From: Parcubacteria group bacterium Gr01-1014_3
Lineage (GTDB): Bacteria; Patescibacteriota; Minisyncoccia; UBA6257; WO2-44-18
Direction of reading: 5' to 3'
NCBI GenBank assembly: GCA_007376445.1
Contig: VMGF01000001.1
Location: 252,203-316,202, forward strand
Length of the DNA: 64,000 nucleotides
Numbering within the stretch: position 1 is the stretch's first letter; each line of letters starts with the position of its first letter. A program made the translations under genes and the position numbers. A model generated the notes under the pieces. The model did not search any database. It was not told the origin of the DNA and worked only from the letters and a program-made list of their open reading frames with translations. Positions 19,523-28,894 of the stretch are shown piece by piece.

Positions 19523-19672
19523 TACCCCGCCAGAGGCGGGCAAGCCCCCCATCTGCCTTAATTCAAAGTGCTTCTGGTTAATAAAACACCCCAGTTTAGC
19601 CACAGGTTTCGGTTGACATTCTCGGTTTTTATTCTTAATATATCGGTGGTTGTTTTACAAAGGAGTATTACC

Positions 19673-21046
19673 TTGGAAGATCGAAGCGAGCGTCATGTGA
19701 ATTTCGTTGACCTATTGTTTGTGGATATCGATGGCATGCGGAAGGCAGTCAGCATGCCTTACGAGCGCTATGCAGCCGGCATGAAAGAGGCAGCATTAAA
19801 AAAAGCTGAACAGAAGGACAAGGAAGACGTAGAATTTTACAAATGGTTTGACGGCTCTTCGATTGCTGGGTTTAATTCAATCGAAAACAGCGACATGCGA
19901 CTGAAGCCGGACGAGAGTACTTTTCATGTACTTCCCTGGACCGAGTCTCCATTTGAGACGGCTGTGGTTTTGTGCGATGTGCTTACTAAAGACGGTGAGC
20001 CATACACGGATGATCCTAAGCAAATGCTCAAGAATATCTTGGAGCGTTATAAGAAAAATGGCTGGCTTTATAAAGTTGGCTCCGAGGTCGAGTTCTTTAT
20101 CTTGAAGAAGGACGGCGATCGCTGGGTGCCGCATGACGCTGGGGAATATTTCCATTTCAAGCCCGGCGATGAAGGTGAGCGAATGAGGCAAGAAATCTGC
20201 AACTATCTTTTCCGAATGGGCGTGAAGCCCGAAGCGCATCACCACGAGGTTGCTCCAGGTCAGCACGAAATCGCGATCGAATTTGATGACGCTGAAAAGT
20301 CCGCGTTAAACATTTATCTTTTGAAGATGACGATTGAGTATGTGGCGAGCCAGCATGGTTATCGCGCGACCTTTATGCCAAAGCCCTTTGCTGGCATGAA
20401 CGGATCCGGCATGCACACGCATCAGAGCGTTTCTGACCTGGAAGGCAAGAATCTTTTCTATAATCCGGAAGAAACCGAGAAAGACAAAAGCCATCTTTCG
20501 GATCTGGCCAAAAAGTTCATGGCCGGCCAGCTGAAGTACCTGGAGAATATGTGCGTCTTCATCGCGCCGACCGTCAATTCCTACAAGCGCCTGATTCCCG
20601 GATATGAAGCCCCGGTGTATGTTTGCTGGGGTAAGCAGAATCGCTCTGCCGCTCTGCGTTTGCCGGCGATGACTAAAGAAGAGATGGAAAAGGGCATGCG
20701 CGTTGAGCTGCGTTGTCCAGATCCCAGCTGTAATCCCTACATCGCCTATACCGCCATGGCGATGGCTGGCTTTGAGGGAATGGACGGAGCGCCGGGTATG
20801 AGCGGCTTGCCAGAACCGATCGAAGAGAACGCTTACAAGATGACCGCTGATGAGAGGGATGAGCGGAACATTTATTCTCTTCCCAGTAATCTGGATCGAG
20901 CGATGACCGAGGCCAACATTTCCAATCTGCAATCCCTTGCTTTTAATGAAAGCTTTATGCAGAAGTTCAGCGACCGGAAGCGCGCCGAGTGGCGCGACTA
21001 CCACAGCTTCCAGGTGACGCCTTGGGAAATTGAAAAATATTTGTGA
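19673..21046 (+). CDS. glnA: Glutamine synthetase (type I-like)
   Basis: N-terminal beta-grasp motif (VNFVDLLFVDIDG), NGSGMHTHQS, and a C-terminal NPY region. The start is likely TTG at 19673 after an aaaggag RBS; the listed ORF begins earlier at 19568. Confidence 0.7.
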   Translation: MEDRSERHVNFVDLLFVDIDGMRKAVSMPYERYAAGMKEAALKKAEQKDKEDVEFYKWFDGSSIAGFNSIENSDMRLKPDESTFHVLPWTESPFETAVVLCDVLTKDGEPYTDDPKQMLKNILERYKKNGWLYKVGSEVEFFILKKDGDRWVPHDAGEYFHFKPGDEGERMRQEICNYLFRMGVKPEAHHHEVAPGQHEIAIEFDDAEKSALNIYLLKMTIEYVASQHGYRATFMPKPFAGMNGSGMHTHQSVSDLEGKNLFYNPEETEKDKSHLSDLAKKFMAGQLKYLENMCVFIAPTVNSYKRLIPGYEAPVYVCWGKQNRSAALRLPAMTKEEMEKGMRVELRCPDPSCNPYIAYTAMAMAGFEGMDGAPGMSGLPEPIEENAYKMTADERDERNIYSLPSNLDRAMTEANISNLQSLAFNESFMQKFSDRKRAEWRDYHSFQVTPWEIEKYL

Positions 21047-21053
21047 ATTAAAA

Positions 21054-21090
21054 AAAGCTCCGACATTATGTCGGAGCTTTATATTTTTAA
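21054..21090. terminator. Bidirectional rho-independent terminator between glnA and serA
   Basis: Stem aaagctccgaca-ttat-gtcggagcttt with A/T runs on both sides. Confidence 0.6.
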
Positions 21091-22280
21091 AAATTCAGGT
21101 CGCAGATTCGAGCGGAGGTTACGCCCTCTAACTTTTCGATTCCGAAAGTTACTTCCATCAATACGGGAGGTTTTCCGGAGAAATCCAGATCTAAGATCGT
21201 TACCGCGTGGCTACGATTTTTATTGGATTTATTGAGAGAGCCGGCGATATTGTAGCCCAGGCCAGCCGCGATTCCAGTGATCTGTGTCAGTATTCCGGGA
21301 GAATCCTTGTGATGCACCAGAATCCGATTCTGGCTTTTTCCAGCCGGAACCAGGAAGTTGATCTCCGGAAAATTCACCGAGTTTTTCACATACCCAAAGC
21401 GGAAAAAATCATCAAGTTGTTTCGCCACCATCGTGGCCGCGTTAGTTTCGGCTTCTTCGGTTGAAGCGCCGAGATGCGGGAAGAAAATCGCCTGCCCGCT
21501 TACGGCTTCGCTTGCGAACATCCGGTCATAGAAGTCGGAAACATATTTAGCGAGGTGTTGGTTTTGGAGCGCGTGCCGGACGGTGACCGTGTCGATCATC
21601 TCGCCGCGGGCGAAGTTTAATAGCTTGACGCCGCGTTTCATCTGATTAAGAAATTCTGAGTTCACCATTCCAGTGCTTTCGGGAGTAAGCGCGGAGTGCA
21701 GGGTTACGTAATCCGCGACTTCGAGCCCTTGCTTAACGTTCATCGCAACGTGAATTCTAGAGTCGCGGATGTTCTCCGATCGGACGAATGGATCATGCCC
21801 GATCACCCGCATTCCTAGGGCGACACACATCTCCGCTACTTCCATCCCTATTTTTCCGAGTCCGATGACAAAGATAGTTTTTCCGGCCAGCTCCGAACCG
21901 ACAAAATGAGACTTTACGGATTCGGCGTCGATTGTCTCACTAGCCGCGCGAATCATCATCGTAGCCGCGATTGCTGGTCTCGCGGCAGCCAGCAATCCAA
22001 AAAGTACCAGCTCTTTCACCGCGTTGGCGTTCGCGCCTGGCGCGTTGAAAACAGCGATCCCCTTCTGATTGCACTGCTCGATTGGGATGTTGTTCACGCC
22101 GGTCCCGGCCCGCCCAATGGCGATAATGCTTTTTGGAAGATCGGTCTTATTGAGATCATGCGAGCGCACAAAAACTAGATCGGGATGTTCTTCCAGAGAT
22201 ACTTCCTGGTACTGATTAAACTGCCCATTAAGAATGTCGCGAGAAATCTTGTTGAGCACCGCGATACGCAACATCCGCAC
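21087..22280 (-). CDS. serA: D-3-phosphoglycerate dehydrogenase with C-terminal ACT domain
   Basis: 2-hydroxyacid dehydrogenase NAD-binding motif (GKTIFVIGLGKIGMEVA), a catalytic-domain layout, and an ACT-like C-terminal 70 aa. Confidence 0.75.
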   Translation of the reverse strand: MRMLRIAVLNKISRDILNGQFNQYQEVSLEEHPDLVFVRSHDLNKTDLPKSIIAIGRAGTGVNNIPIEQCNQKGIAVFNAPGANANAVKELVLFGLLAAARPAIAATMMIRAASETIDAESVKSHFVGSELAGKTIFVIGLGKIGMEVAEMCVALGMRVIGHDPFVRSENIRDSRIHVAMNVKQGLEVADYVTLHSALTPESTGMVNSEFLNQMKRGVKLLNFARGEMIDTVTVRHALQNQHLAKYVSDFYDRMFASEAVSGQAIFFPHLGASTEEAETNAATMVAKQLDDFFRFGYVKNSVNFPEINFLVPAGKSQNRILVHHKDSPGILTQITGIAAGLGYNIAGSLNKSNKNRSHAVTILDLDFSGKPPVLMEVTFGIEKLEGVTSARICDLNF

Positions 22281-22325
22281 CTCCTTATATGTAAAAGGAC
22301 GCTTGTATTTTAGCGATTAATTATT

Positions 22326-22407
22326 AAAAACGCAAGATAATTTTAAATTCTCAATTTTAAATTTGAAATTAAATTAAAATTTATAATTAAAAATTTAAAA
22401 TTAAAAA
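22326..22407. repeat. AT-rich (aatttta/aaaattt)-type periodic repeat block, intergenic
   Basis: ataattttaaattctcaattttaaatttgaaattaaattaaaatttataattaaaaatttaaaattaaaaaa. Confidence 0.5.
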
Positions 22408-22424
22408 ACCCCTGAAAACCAGGG
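22396..22424 (-). terminator. Rho-independent terminator after the CPBP gene 22432..23256
   Basis: Stem cccctg/cagggg followed by TTTTTTAATTTT on the minus strand. Confidence 0.5.
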
Positions 22425-22431
22425 GTTTAAA

Positions 22432-23256
22432 CTATTTCCACCAGAAACCAGGACCAACCCGCATGCATCCGGATCCGATGAGCGGAGCCGCGATCATGAA
22501 CTTGATCGCTGTTCCGAGAATCGAATGAGCGAAGCCAAGCAGATAAGCATTCCGGGAATATTTCAGGAAGAGATAGCAGCTGGTGCTGGCCCAGAAGAAA
22601 GTTCCGATAGTCAGCACTGGATTCGGGAGGTGCAGGAAAGCGAAGAATAATCCTACGATCAGCGCGCTCTTCCACTCGCTTTTGACGAGCTGGCCGATGC
22701 GGTTGCTGAAGTAGCCGTTCAAAAGTCCTTCCTGAACGACCGACCAGATCAGATACGGACCTAGCGCTTGCTGGTATAGCTTGTCCACGAAGTTTTTACG
22801 TTCGTAGAATCTGGGGTCGATCAAGTAGCCGATTGCGACTATGATGATTACCGCGCTTAGTAAAAAGATCGCCAGTGGTTTTGCGATTCGGAGAGAGTCC
22901 GGGCAAAACCCCATCGTCTGTCCGTTATCGCCAATCACACAAAGTTGATCACCCTTCTTCACGCGATCACCACGCTTAACGGATGTGGCGACTACATGGG
23001 AGAGGGTATATTCTTTCGTTTCTTTTTCGGTCTTAATTTCGATAATCGTGACCAATCCTCGATTTTCAATTTTCTCAATTAATCCGCCTTCTTCGGCTAG
23101 ATAAAATTGACGGCGTATCCAGCTCCGGATGATCAATATCATCGAAGCGGTGCCAAGAATCACCGAGAGCCAGGCGCCGATCGCGAAGGCCCAGATCGTG
23201 GCCGTGATCATTACGCAAACCAGGATCGTTTCGTTCCTGAGTGATTTTTGTTCCAT
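22432..23256 (-). CDS. CPBP (CAAX protease / bacteriocin-processing, Abi) family intramembrane protease, paralog 1
   Basis: Multi-TM protein with motifs EGLLNGYFSNR, FAFLHLPN and GFAHSILG. The C-terminal tail GSGCMRVGPGFWWK is shared with paralog 24578..25243. Confidence 0.6.
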   Translation of the reverse strand: MEQKSLRNETILVCVMITATIWAFAIGAWLSVILGTASMILIIRSWIRRQFYLAEEGGLIEKIENRGLVTIIEIKTEKETKEYTLSHVVATSVKRGDRVKKGDQLCVIGDNGQTMGFCPDSLRIAKPLAIFLLSAVIIIVAIGYLIDPRFYERKNFVDKLYQQALGPYLIWSVVQEGLLNGYFSNRIGQLVKSEWKSALIVGLFFAFLHLPNPVLTIGTFFWASTSCYLFLKYSRNAYLLGFAHSILGTAIKFMIAAPLIGSGCMRVGPGFWWK

Positions 23257-23270
23257 GCGTCACCGATTCC

Positions 23271-24491
23271 TCAAGGTTCCACCAAGGCTTGAAAGGCTGT
23301 ATAAATACGCCTTCCAGTTTCCGGTCCTAAAGATTTAGCGCGTTCCTGCTTGTATTTCGGTAGATCGAAATCTTCAGTGGGCAAAATGTAGCCAATTTCA
23401 TCATTAGCAAGACCAAAAATCATTATTTCCGCTCTGCCGCCGCGCCTAAGCATTTGCTTTATCTTTTTCGCGAGTCCAGGCGTAATTTCTCCCGGCACCA
23501 TCAAAATCACTAGATCGGCAAAACGGATTACGCTAACTTCGGTATTAATTATGCCGTTGGCGTAAGTTTCGGAGAATGTCGGAATCAACTTTGTTGCAAT
23601 GGCTTTTTGGAAAAATTCATTTTGAAGCGGTATCGCGACCACAGCCTTTTTAATCGCAAAGTCATTGAATGTGATTAAGCGCTGACAAGAAAATTTATTT
23701 TTAACGCGAAGAGCAATCAGATCCCCAACTTCTTCGGCCCTTTCAAACCCCTTTTCTTTCGCTAGAAAAGTTTCTGGATGGATTGAGACCATTCCACCGA
23801 GAGCGCCGTTGACGTATAAAGCGACTCCTCCAAATCTTTTTTCAATTTCTTTTACTACATAACCAGGAAAGTCGGCAGTAATTAGTCGATTATTTTTGCC
23901 CAAAGCTTCCGGGTGACAAGCAAAATTTACTAAAGTAGCAATCGTTCCCATTTTTCCCACCGCGGTCAAAAAATTGATATCGCGGTCTAATTCGGTTGAT
24001 TTCCAATTAATAGATATCTCGCCGCTATCCGCTTTGCCAAAATAAAGCCGGACGGGTTCAAGATTTTTGGCAGTTGCCTTAAGAAGCTCAACAATTTTCT
24101 GCCGGACTTCCGACATATAATTTTCATCCCGACCAACACCAAATATACCAAGAGAGTCTGGACCGGAATGATTGTGCGTTGAACAAATAAAAATATTTTC
24201 TTCCTCAGCCTCTTTTCTTATTTGAATCAAGTCGTACGGTAAAAATCCGACAAGATCTATTGAAATAATTGCCAATCGTTTGCCGGACTTCGGTTCTAGA
24301 ATGAGGCAGCGAGCATATAGATCGTCATGAATTCCCAATGCTCGACGATCTTTATGAAGGTAACCACCCATCGGTATTCCCACTGGAGGCGTAATAGAAA
24401 TAGAAGCCGCGCCCGCGCGCAAATAGCCATCGATTTCTTCCTGGCCAATAAAACAACAGCCTGACAAAAACAAAATCACCAGAAAGCGCAT
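23271..24491 (-). CDS. Lipoprotein hydrolase, neutral/alkaline ceramidase-like
   Basis: Lipobox LFLSGC. N-terminal motifs GIPMGGY...GIHDDLYARCLIL...AIISIDLVGF...CSTHNHSGP resemble the neutral ceramidase N-terminal domain. The assignment is tentative. Confidence 0.45.
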   Translation of the reverse strand: MRFLVILFLSGCCFIGQEEIDGYLRAGAASISITPPVGIPMGGYLHKDRRALGIHDDLYARCLILEPKSGKRLAIISIDLVGFLPYDLIQIRKEAEEENIFICSTHNHSGPDSLGIFGVGRDENYMSEVRQKIVELLKATAKNLEPVRLYFGKADSGEISINWKSTELDRDINFLTAVGKMGTIATLVNFACHPEALGKNNRLITADFPGYVVKEIEKRFGGVALYVNGALGGMVSIHPETFLAKEKGFERAEEVGDLIALRVKNKFSCQRLITFNDFAIKKAVVAIPLQNEFFQKAIATKLIPTFSETYANGIINTEVSVIRFADLVILMVPGEITPGLAKKIKQMLRRGGRAEIMIFGLANDEIGYILPTEDFDLPKYKQERAKSLGPETGRRIYTAFQALVEP

Positions 24492-24577
24492 TTTTTACCT
24501 CTGTCAAAAAGCCGCATAAACTATACAATAATTCCTGTTATTTTTCAAATAAAAACCCGCAACAAAAGTTGCGGGAC

Positions 24578-25243
24578 TTAATCCAAAAATCCTGGGCCGA
24601 CCCTCATGCTGCCGTTACCAAAGAGCGGATTAGCTATGAAATATTTTATGGCCGTTCCCAGAATCGATTGGCAGATGGTCAAAAGGTACAGGTTTCGAGA
24701 TCTAAGAAAGAAATAGGCTCCGCCAGCACCGAAAATGAAAGTCGTGGGCGCAAGCACCGGATTAGGCAAATGAATGATTCCAAATAAAGTTCCAGCAACC
24801 AACGCCACCAACCACCTTTTTTTTAGGGCCTTTTCCAGACGATTGGTGAAATATCCCTGCAACAGCAGTTGCTGAATAAATGCCCATATCACATAACCCT
24901 TGAGTTGGATATAGAATTTTTTCCAAAAATCAGGCTTTTGTGAAGATTCGGGGAAAAAAGTGAAGAATATAGCAATCATAACCCCAAAAGAAATTGTGGT
25001 TAATAACAGTATCGGCAGAGCCTGACTAAAATCTGCTGGTTGGATTCCAATATGTTCTAGGGTTTTTCGACCGGCATTTTCTTTATTTTCCTTGTAATAA
25101 AGTTGCCAACTTCGAAATATCAATATGAGAATAGCGACCACGGCAATCATTGCGATTGATTTAGGAAAAATCCATACAATGCCCATTATTAATCCAAAAA
25201 CCACAAAGATTTCTGTCACTACACACCTCTCAAAATGAGCCAC
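24578..25243 (-). CDS. CPBP/Abi family intramembrane protease, paralog 2
   Basis: Motifs QQLLLQGYFTNR, FGIIHLPN and CQSILG. It overlaps the start of paralog 3 by 25 nt, and a terminator hairpin (cccgcaacaaaagttgcggg) follows it. Confidence 0.6.
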   Translation of the reverse strand: MAHFERCVVTEIFVVFGLIMGIVWIFPKSIAMIAVVAILILIFRSWQLYYKENKENAGRKTLEHIGIQPADFSQALPILLLTTISFGVMIAIFFTFFPESSQKPDFWKKFYIQLKGYVIWAFIQQLLLQGYFTNRLEKALKKRWLVALVAGTLFGIIHLPNPVLAPTTFIFGAGGAYFFLRSRNLYLLTICQSILGTAIKYFIANPLFGNGSMRVGPGFLD

Positions 25244-26118
25244 CAGATGAAGTCAACACTTGCATGGAGAACGACCGCGGCGGTCAAGGATTGTCGCCGC
25301 CAGTAGATGTAGCCGTATGCCAGTCCAGCAAGCGTTGCGAAACAAACATAATGCCAATTCGGATAATCGAAGGAGCCAACTTTGTTATTGATGTGAGCAA
25401 ATCCGAAAATAAGCGACGATGTGATAATCGCCACCGTCGGCTTCAAGTAGTTCCCCAGCACATTCTGAATAAGACCTCGGAAGATAATTTCTTCTGCTAG
25501 CGCTGGAGCAAATAGAAAAAGTAGATATACAATCGGTACTGCTATCGGATACTTTTCCGCGACTGGGTTGAGCGCTAGTTTGGTAAAACCAATAGCCAAT
25601 GTGATGGGAATGATTGGCAACGATAGGCCACCGATCATCAGTCCAATCATTTTCCAGTCGCCCTTATTCATTTTAAGATCGAACTTCAAATCGATTTTTC
25701 GAATTTCCATCACCATGAGAACGAAAACGATAGCGGTATAGGCAGTCAGCGGATAACCAATGCCACCGATTTTCCAACTCTTCAATATCCAACGGAATTC
25801 CACCGGCAGCCAAAGCAACACCGTGAACAAGAGCAAAACCAATCCAAGCTTGCCACTTCCGTTTCTTGTAAAATAAATAAGCAATGTCGGCGCCATCAGA
25901 TAGACAGCGAGACGGCCGAATAGCTCTAAATTACAATTGCCAGCAATGTACGTGAGTACGAAGTTTAACGCCAAGATAGCTGTAGGGATCAAGAAAATCC
26001 GCCAAGATTTTTCCTTAAACCAATTACCGACTTTTTCTCGTATTGCGCGCTTTGCTAAAAAGACAATTATGACCAATACGAAAAAAGTTCCGATTCCGGC
26101 AATAATTTTTGCCACCAT
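25219..26118 (-). CDS. CPBP/Abi family intramembrane protease, paralog 3
   Basis: Canonical motifs EEIIFRG, FGFAH and HASVD. Confidence 0.7.
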   Translation of the reverse strand: MVAKIIAGIGTFFVLVIIVFLAKRAIREKVGNWFKEKSWRIFLIPTAILALNFVLTYIAGNCNLELFGRLAVYLMAPTLLIYFTRNGSGKLGLVLLLFTVLLWLPVEFRWILKSWKIGGIGYPLTAYTAIVFVLMVMEIRKIDLKFDLKMNKGDWKMIGLMIGGLSLPIIPITLAIGFTKLALNPVAEKYPIAVPIVYLLFLFAPALAEEIIFRGLIQNVLGNYLKPTVAIITSSLIFGFAHINNKVGSFDYPNWHYVCFATLAGLAYGYIYWRRQSLTAAVVLHASVDFIWWLILRGV

Positions 26119-26203
26119 CTTTACCCCCTAAACAAGTTATCAACGAACGCAAAAAGAATACAAGAAAAACCGACTTTTGGCAAGCCGGTTTATATTGGTT
26201 CGG

Positions 26204-27097
26204 TTAACTCACCACGAGTAGCTCAGCTATCCCCTTTTCAAGGGAAATCTTCGGACTCCAGCCAAGAAGTTTTTTGGCTTTGGTGATGTCAGCGCAGGAA
26301 TGTTTTGGTTCAATGCGTGGCGGAAGATAGATGCGAGGTCCGCCGATCCACTTTGCGATCTGATTTACGCTATAACTTTTCGGCGTTCCGATGTTGATCA
26401 CTTCTCCCTTCCCCACCTTTTTACCTTGCATCGCGAGAATGTTTGCTCTAACCACATCACTGACATGCGTAAAGGATCGAGTTTGCTCGCCATCTCCGAT
26501 TATTGAGAGCGCCTGTTTGGCGGATTTCTGGTTCAAAAAAGTTTTCACCACACTCAAATAAGACCCGGCGTCCGCCATTCGTGGACCATAAACATTAAAA
26601 TATCTAAGCGAGACGGTTTCCATATTATATAGAAGCGCGAAGATACGGGCGTATTCCTCGCCGATATATTTTTGTAAACCATACGGACTCATCGGGGCGG
26701 GTTTTAATTCTTCATGTACCGGTAGAACCTTGGTATCTCCATAAGCGGACGAGGAAGCGGAGTATACTATCCTTTTTACTCCGGCATCGCGGGCGGCCAT
26801 CAGAACATTCAGCGTGCCGTTTACATTGGCCTCGTGGGTTTCAATTGGTTTCTCAATTGAGAGCGGGACGCGCGGAATCGCGGCCAAATGAAAAACCCCG
26901 TCCACGCCTTTAAAGTGCGGACGGAGTTTTTTGAGCTTAGTGATGTCGGCTTTAATGAATTTGGCCTTTTTATGGATATTGGATTTTTTTCCGGTCGAAA
27001 GATTATCTAGGACGGCCACTTCGTGCTTTTGTTTAATAAGCTCATCGACTAAATTCGAACCTATGAATCCCGCTCCCCCCACCACAAGATACTTCAT
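26204..27097 (-). CDS. NAD-dependent nucleotide-sugar epimerase/dehydratase (SDR family, GalE/UDP-xylose synthase-like)
   Basis: Rossmann motif VVGGAGFIGSNL, plus YxxxK spacing consistent with the extended SDR family. Confidence 0.75.
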   Translation of the reverse strand: MKYLVVGGAGFIGSNLVDELIKQKHEVAVLDNLSTGKKSNIHKKAKFIKADITKLKKLRPHFKGVDGVFHLAAIPRVPLSIEKPIETHEANVNGTLNVLMAARDAGVKRIVYSASSSAYGDTKVLPVHEELKPAPMSPYGLQKYIGEEYARIFALLYNMETVSLRYFNVYGPRMADAGSYLSVVKTFLNQKSAKQALSIIGDGEQTRSFTHVSDVVRANILAMQGKKVGKGEVINIGTPKSYSVNQIAKWIGGPRIYLPPRIEPKHSCADITKAKKLLGWSPKISLEKGIAELLVVS

Positions 27098-27145
27098 ATA
27101 TAAACTATAACACCGCTGACGCGGTGTTAGGTTTTGTTTTAAAGC

Positions 27146-27177
27146 ACCCGCCTTTACATAGTCATAATTTTTTGTTA
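27146..27177 (+). promoter_or_regulatory. Promoter (TTTACA-17-TGtTATAAT) for gene 27217
   Basis: Extended -10 motif followed by an aaggag RBS and a GTG start. Confidence 0.45.
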
Positions 27178-27216
27178 TAATTTGCGCAGAATCTTTACAT
27201 AGAAAGGAGATAAGGA

Positions 27217-27861
27217 GTGCTTGCTCTCAAGAAGGTCGTTGGTAACGGCATGGCGGCGGCGCTGGATCTTTCGATGGGAATTTTCATCGTTTTCTTGGCG
27301 AGTAAGGTGGCGGGCCGTGAGATCGCAGTATCGGCACTTGTTATCGGCGCCATCTTGGCCGTCCTTCCGGACTTCGATGTCATCTTCATGTTTCTTGGCA
27401 GAGGTAAGGTCTATGGAGACCACCATCAGATGTGGCCTCACAGGCCGGCCATCGTGATTCCGGTTGTAGTGCTACTCGGCTGGTTCCTGGGAGGAGTTTT
27501 TTGGGGAATCGTTGGAGGCGCCTGTGTCTTTTGGCACTACATTCACGATACCCGAGGATTTGGGGGTGGCGGCATTGCCTGGTTTTGGCCTTTGTCGAAG
27601 AAGTATTACAGCTTGAAAGGAGCCGAGGATCCGAAAGATTCCTTGATGGCTCAATCGGAAGGCAATCACGAAAGTTATATCGAGAAAGAAGTTCTTGGTC
27701 CCTCGACTCGATTTCTCATCGAGTACGCCTTATCGGCAGTCATAATCGGCGCCGTGGCCGTCGGACTCTTTGGCCTGCTGATCGGAAGCGTCGTTGGAAT
27801 TGCAATGATGCTATCAGCAATCACGGCTTGTCTGCTCAGTAAAAAAATCACTACCAGTTGA
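27217..27861 (+). CDS. Membrane-bound metal-dependent hydrolase (DUF457/YdjM-like), GC-rich
   Basis: 214-aa polytopic membrane protein with His/Asp-rich loops (GDHHQMWPH, HYIHD). Its GC is clearly higher than its surroundings. GTG start after aaggag. Confidence 0.45.
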   Translation: MLALKKVVGNGMAAALDLSMGIFIVFLASKVAGREIAVSALVIGAILAVLPDFDVIFMFLGRGKVYGDHHQMWPHRPAIVIPVVVLLGWFLGGVFWGIVGGACVFWHYIHDTRGFGGGGIAWFWPLSKKYYSLKGAEDPKDSLMAQSEGNHESYIEKEVLGPSTRFLIEYALSAVIIGAVAVGLFGLLIGSVVGIAMMLSAITACLLSKKITTS

Positions 27862-27868
27862 AACTGGC

Positions 27869-27899
27869 ACCACCTCGACTTCTATCGAGGTGGTTTTTT
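27869..27899 (+). terminator. Rho-independent terminator after 27217..27861
   Basis: ccacctcga-cttcta-tcgaggtgg followed by TTTTTT. Confidence 0.6.
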
Positions 27900-27915
27900 G
27901 TTAGGCCGCTGGGAA

Positions 27916-28776
27916 CTAGGACAGATTTTTTAATTTAGAATTTAAGTTCAGTTTGGGGTATAAGTCTTGAGGGTAGATTGCGACCAGGCGTATTCCAAGT
28001 TTTTCACAAATTTTTTTCTTAATTTTCATATCTCGATCATAACGCGGACTATCTCCTGCGAGACCGAAATACTCTATGAATAATGTGTCATTTATAGCCC
28101 AGTCCGCTTTGTGACCACTATTGGGATAAGGGAAATCTCGTAGGTGCTTAACTTCGTTGTCGGATAGCCAGTTATCAATCAACGCCTCGGAGATAGAATC
28201 ACAAGAGTGGCCATCTTTCGCCTTGGTCATCGTGCGTTTATACATTCTGTGCTCGTGAGAACGATTAGGTTCCAAGCCCGCGGCTTTAATGGCGTTGCCC
28301 CAAGAACCGAATGCATATATACATGGACTTGCTAGTTCGGGTATTTCACGTTTTGCCGGGACCCTTCCCAGCTTCTCATAAGTATGTTTTAGAGATTTAA
28401 TCAGATCCTCTGGTTTATGTCGCACGCGAGATTTCTTATAGCAAACATTTGCGCAATAGATATTGCCGCCTGTAAATTGTTTTTCGCAGATTCGGCAAAT
28501 TTTTAACTTAATAACATGTTTAGGAAATTTTTTGTTATTAACAATAGCGGCGCACCTCATAGAACAGTAATTATGCGCCCCAACTTCTTTTCTAAATTTT
28601 TTAAATTCGGCGCCGCATTCAGTGTTTTCACAAACAAATGATACTTGTTTATTAAAGGAACGGCCTTGACACTCCTTGGAACAATAAAAATTATGCCCCA
28701 ATTTTTGATTTTCGTTAAATCTATTCCTGGGTTTAAAAAACTTTTTTCTGCAATTATTACACCGCACCTCTGGCAT
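27916..28776 (-). CDS. Multi-zinc-ribbon protein with C-terminal Vsr/DUF559-like endonuclease-like domain, putative
   Basis: At least four CxxC pairs in the N-terminal half. The C-terminal segment ADWAINDTLFIEYFG...RYDRDMKIKKKICEKLGIRLV resembles PD-(D/E)XK Vsr-like folds. The gene is AT-rich and abuts tRNA-Pro. Confidence 0.4.
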   Translation of the reverse strand: MPEVRCNNCRKKFFKPRNRFNENQKLGHNFYCSKECQGRSFNKQVSFVCENTECGAEFKKFRKEVGAHNYCSMRCAAIVNNKKFPKHVIKLKICRICEKQFTGGNIYCANVCYKKSRVRHKPEDLIKSLKHTYEKLGRVPAKREIPELASPCIYAFGSWGNAIKAAGLEPNRSHEHRMYKRTMTKAKDGHSCDSISEALIDNWLSDNEVKHLRDFPYPNSGHKADWAINDTLFIEYFGLAGDSPRYDRDMKIKKKICEKLGIRLVAIYPQDLYPKLNLNSKLKNLS

Positions 28777-28820
28777 ATGCTAAATTATACCAGATCGGCA
28801 CACTGCGAGTCGAACTTCTA

Positions 28821-28894
28821 TGGTCAGGCTGCCCAGATTTGAACTGGGGCCGCCGCCTCCCGAAGGCGGTATGCTGCCGCTACACTACAGCCTG
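28821..28894 (-). tRNA. tRNA-Pro (anticodon CGG)
   Basis: Cloverleaf read from the reverse complement: acceptor caggctg/cagcctg with the C1-G72 pair typical of bacterial tRNA-Pro, anticodon stem ccgcc/ggcgg with loop uuCGGga, T-arm cccag-ttcaaat-ctggg, and an encoded CCA. The D-stem is weak. Confidence 0.7.

Noticed and set aside
20306-21004. Long antisense ORFs inside glnA, cca (29627..30163), hppA, ftsH and thrA
   Set aside because: They lie opposite well-supported conserved genes, with no RBS or motif support.
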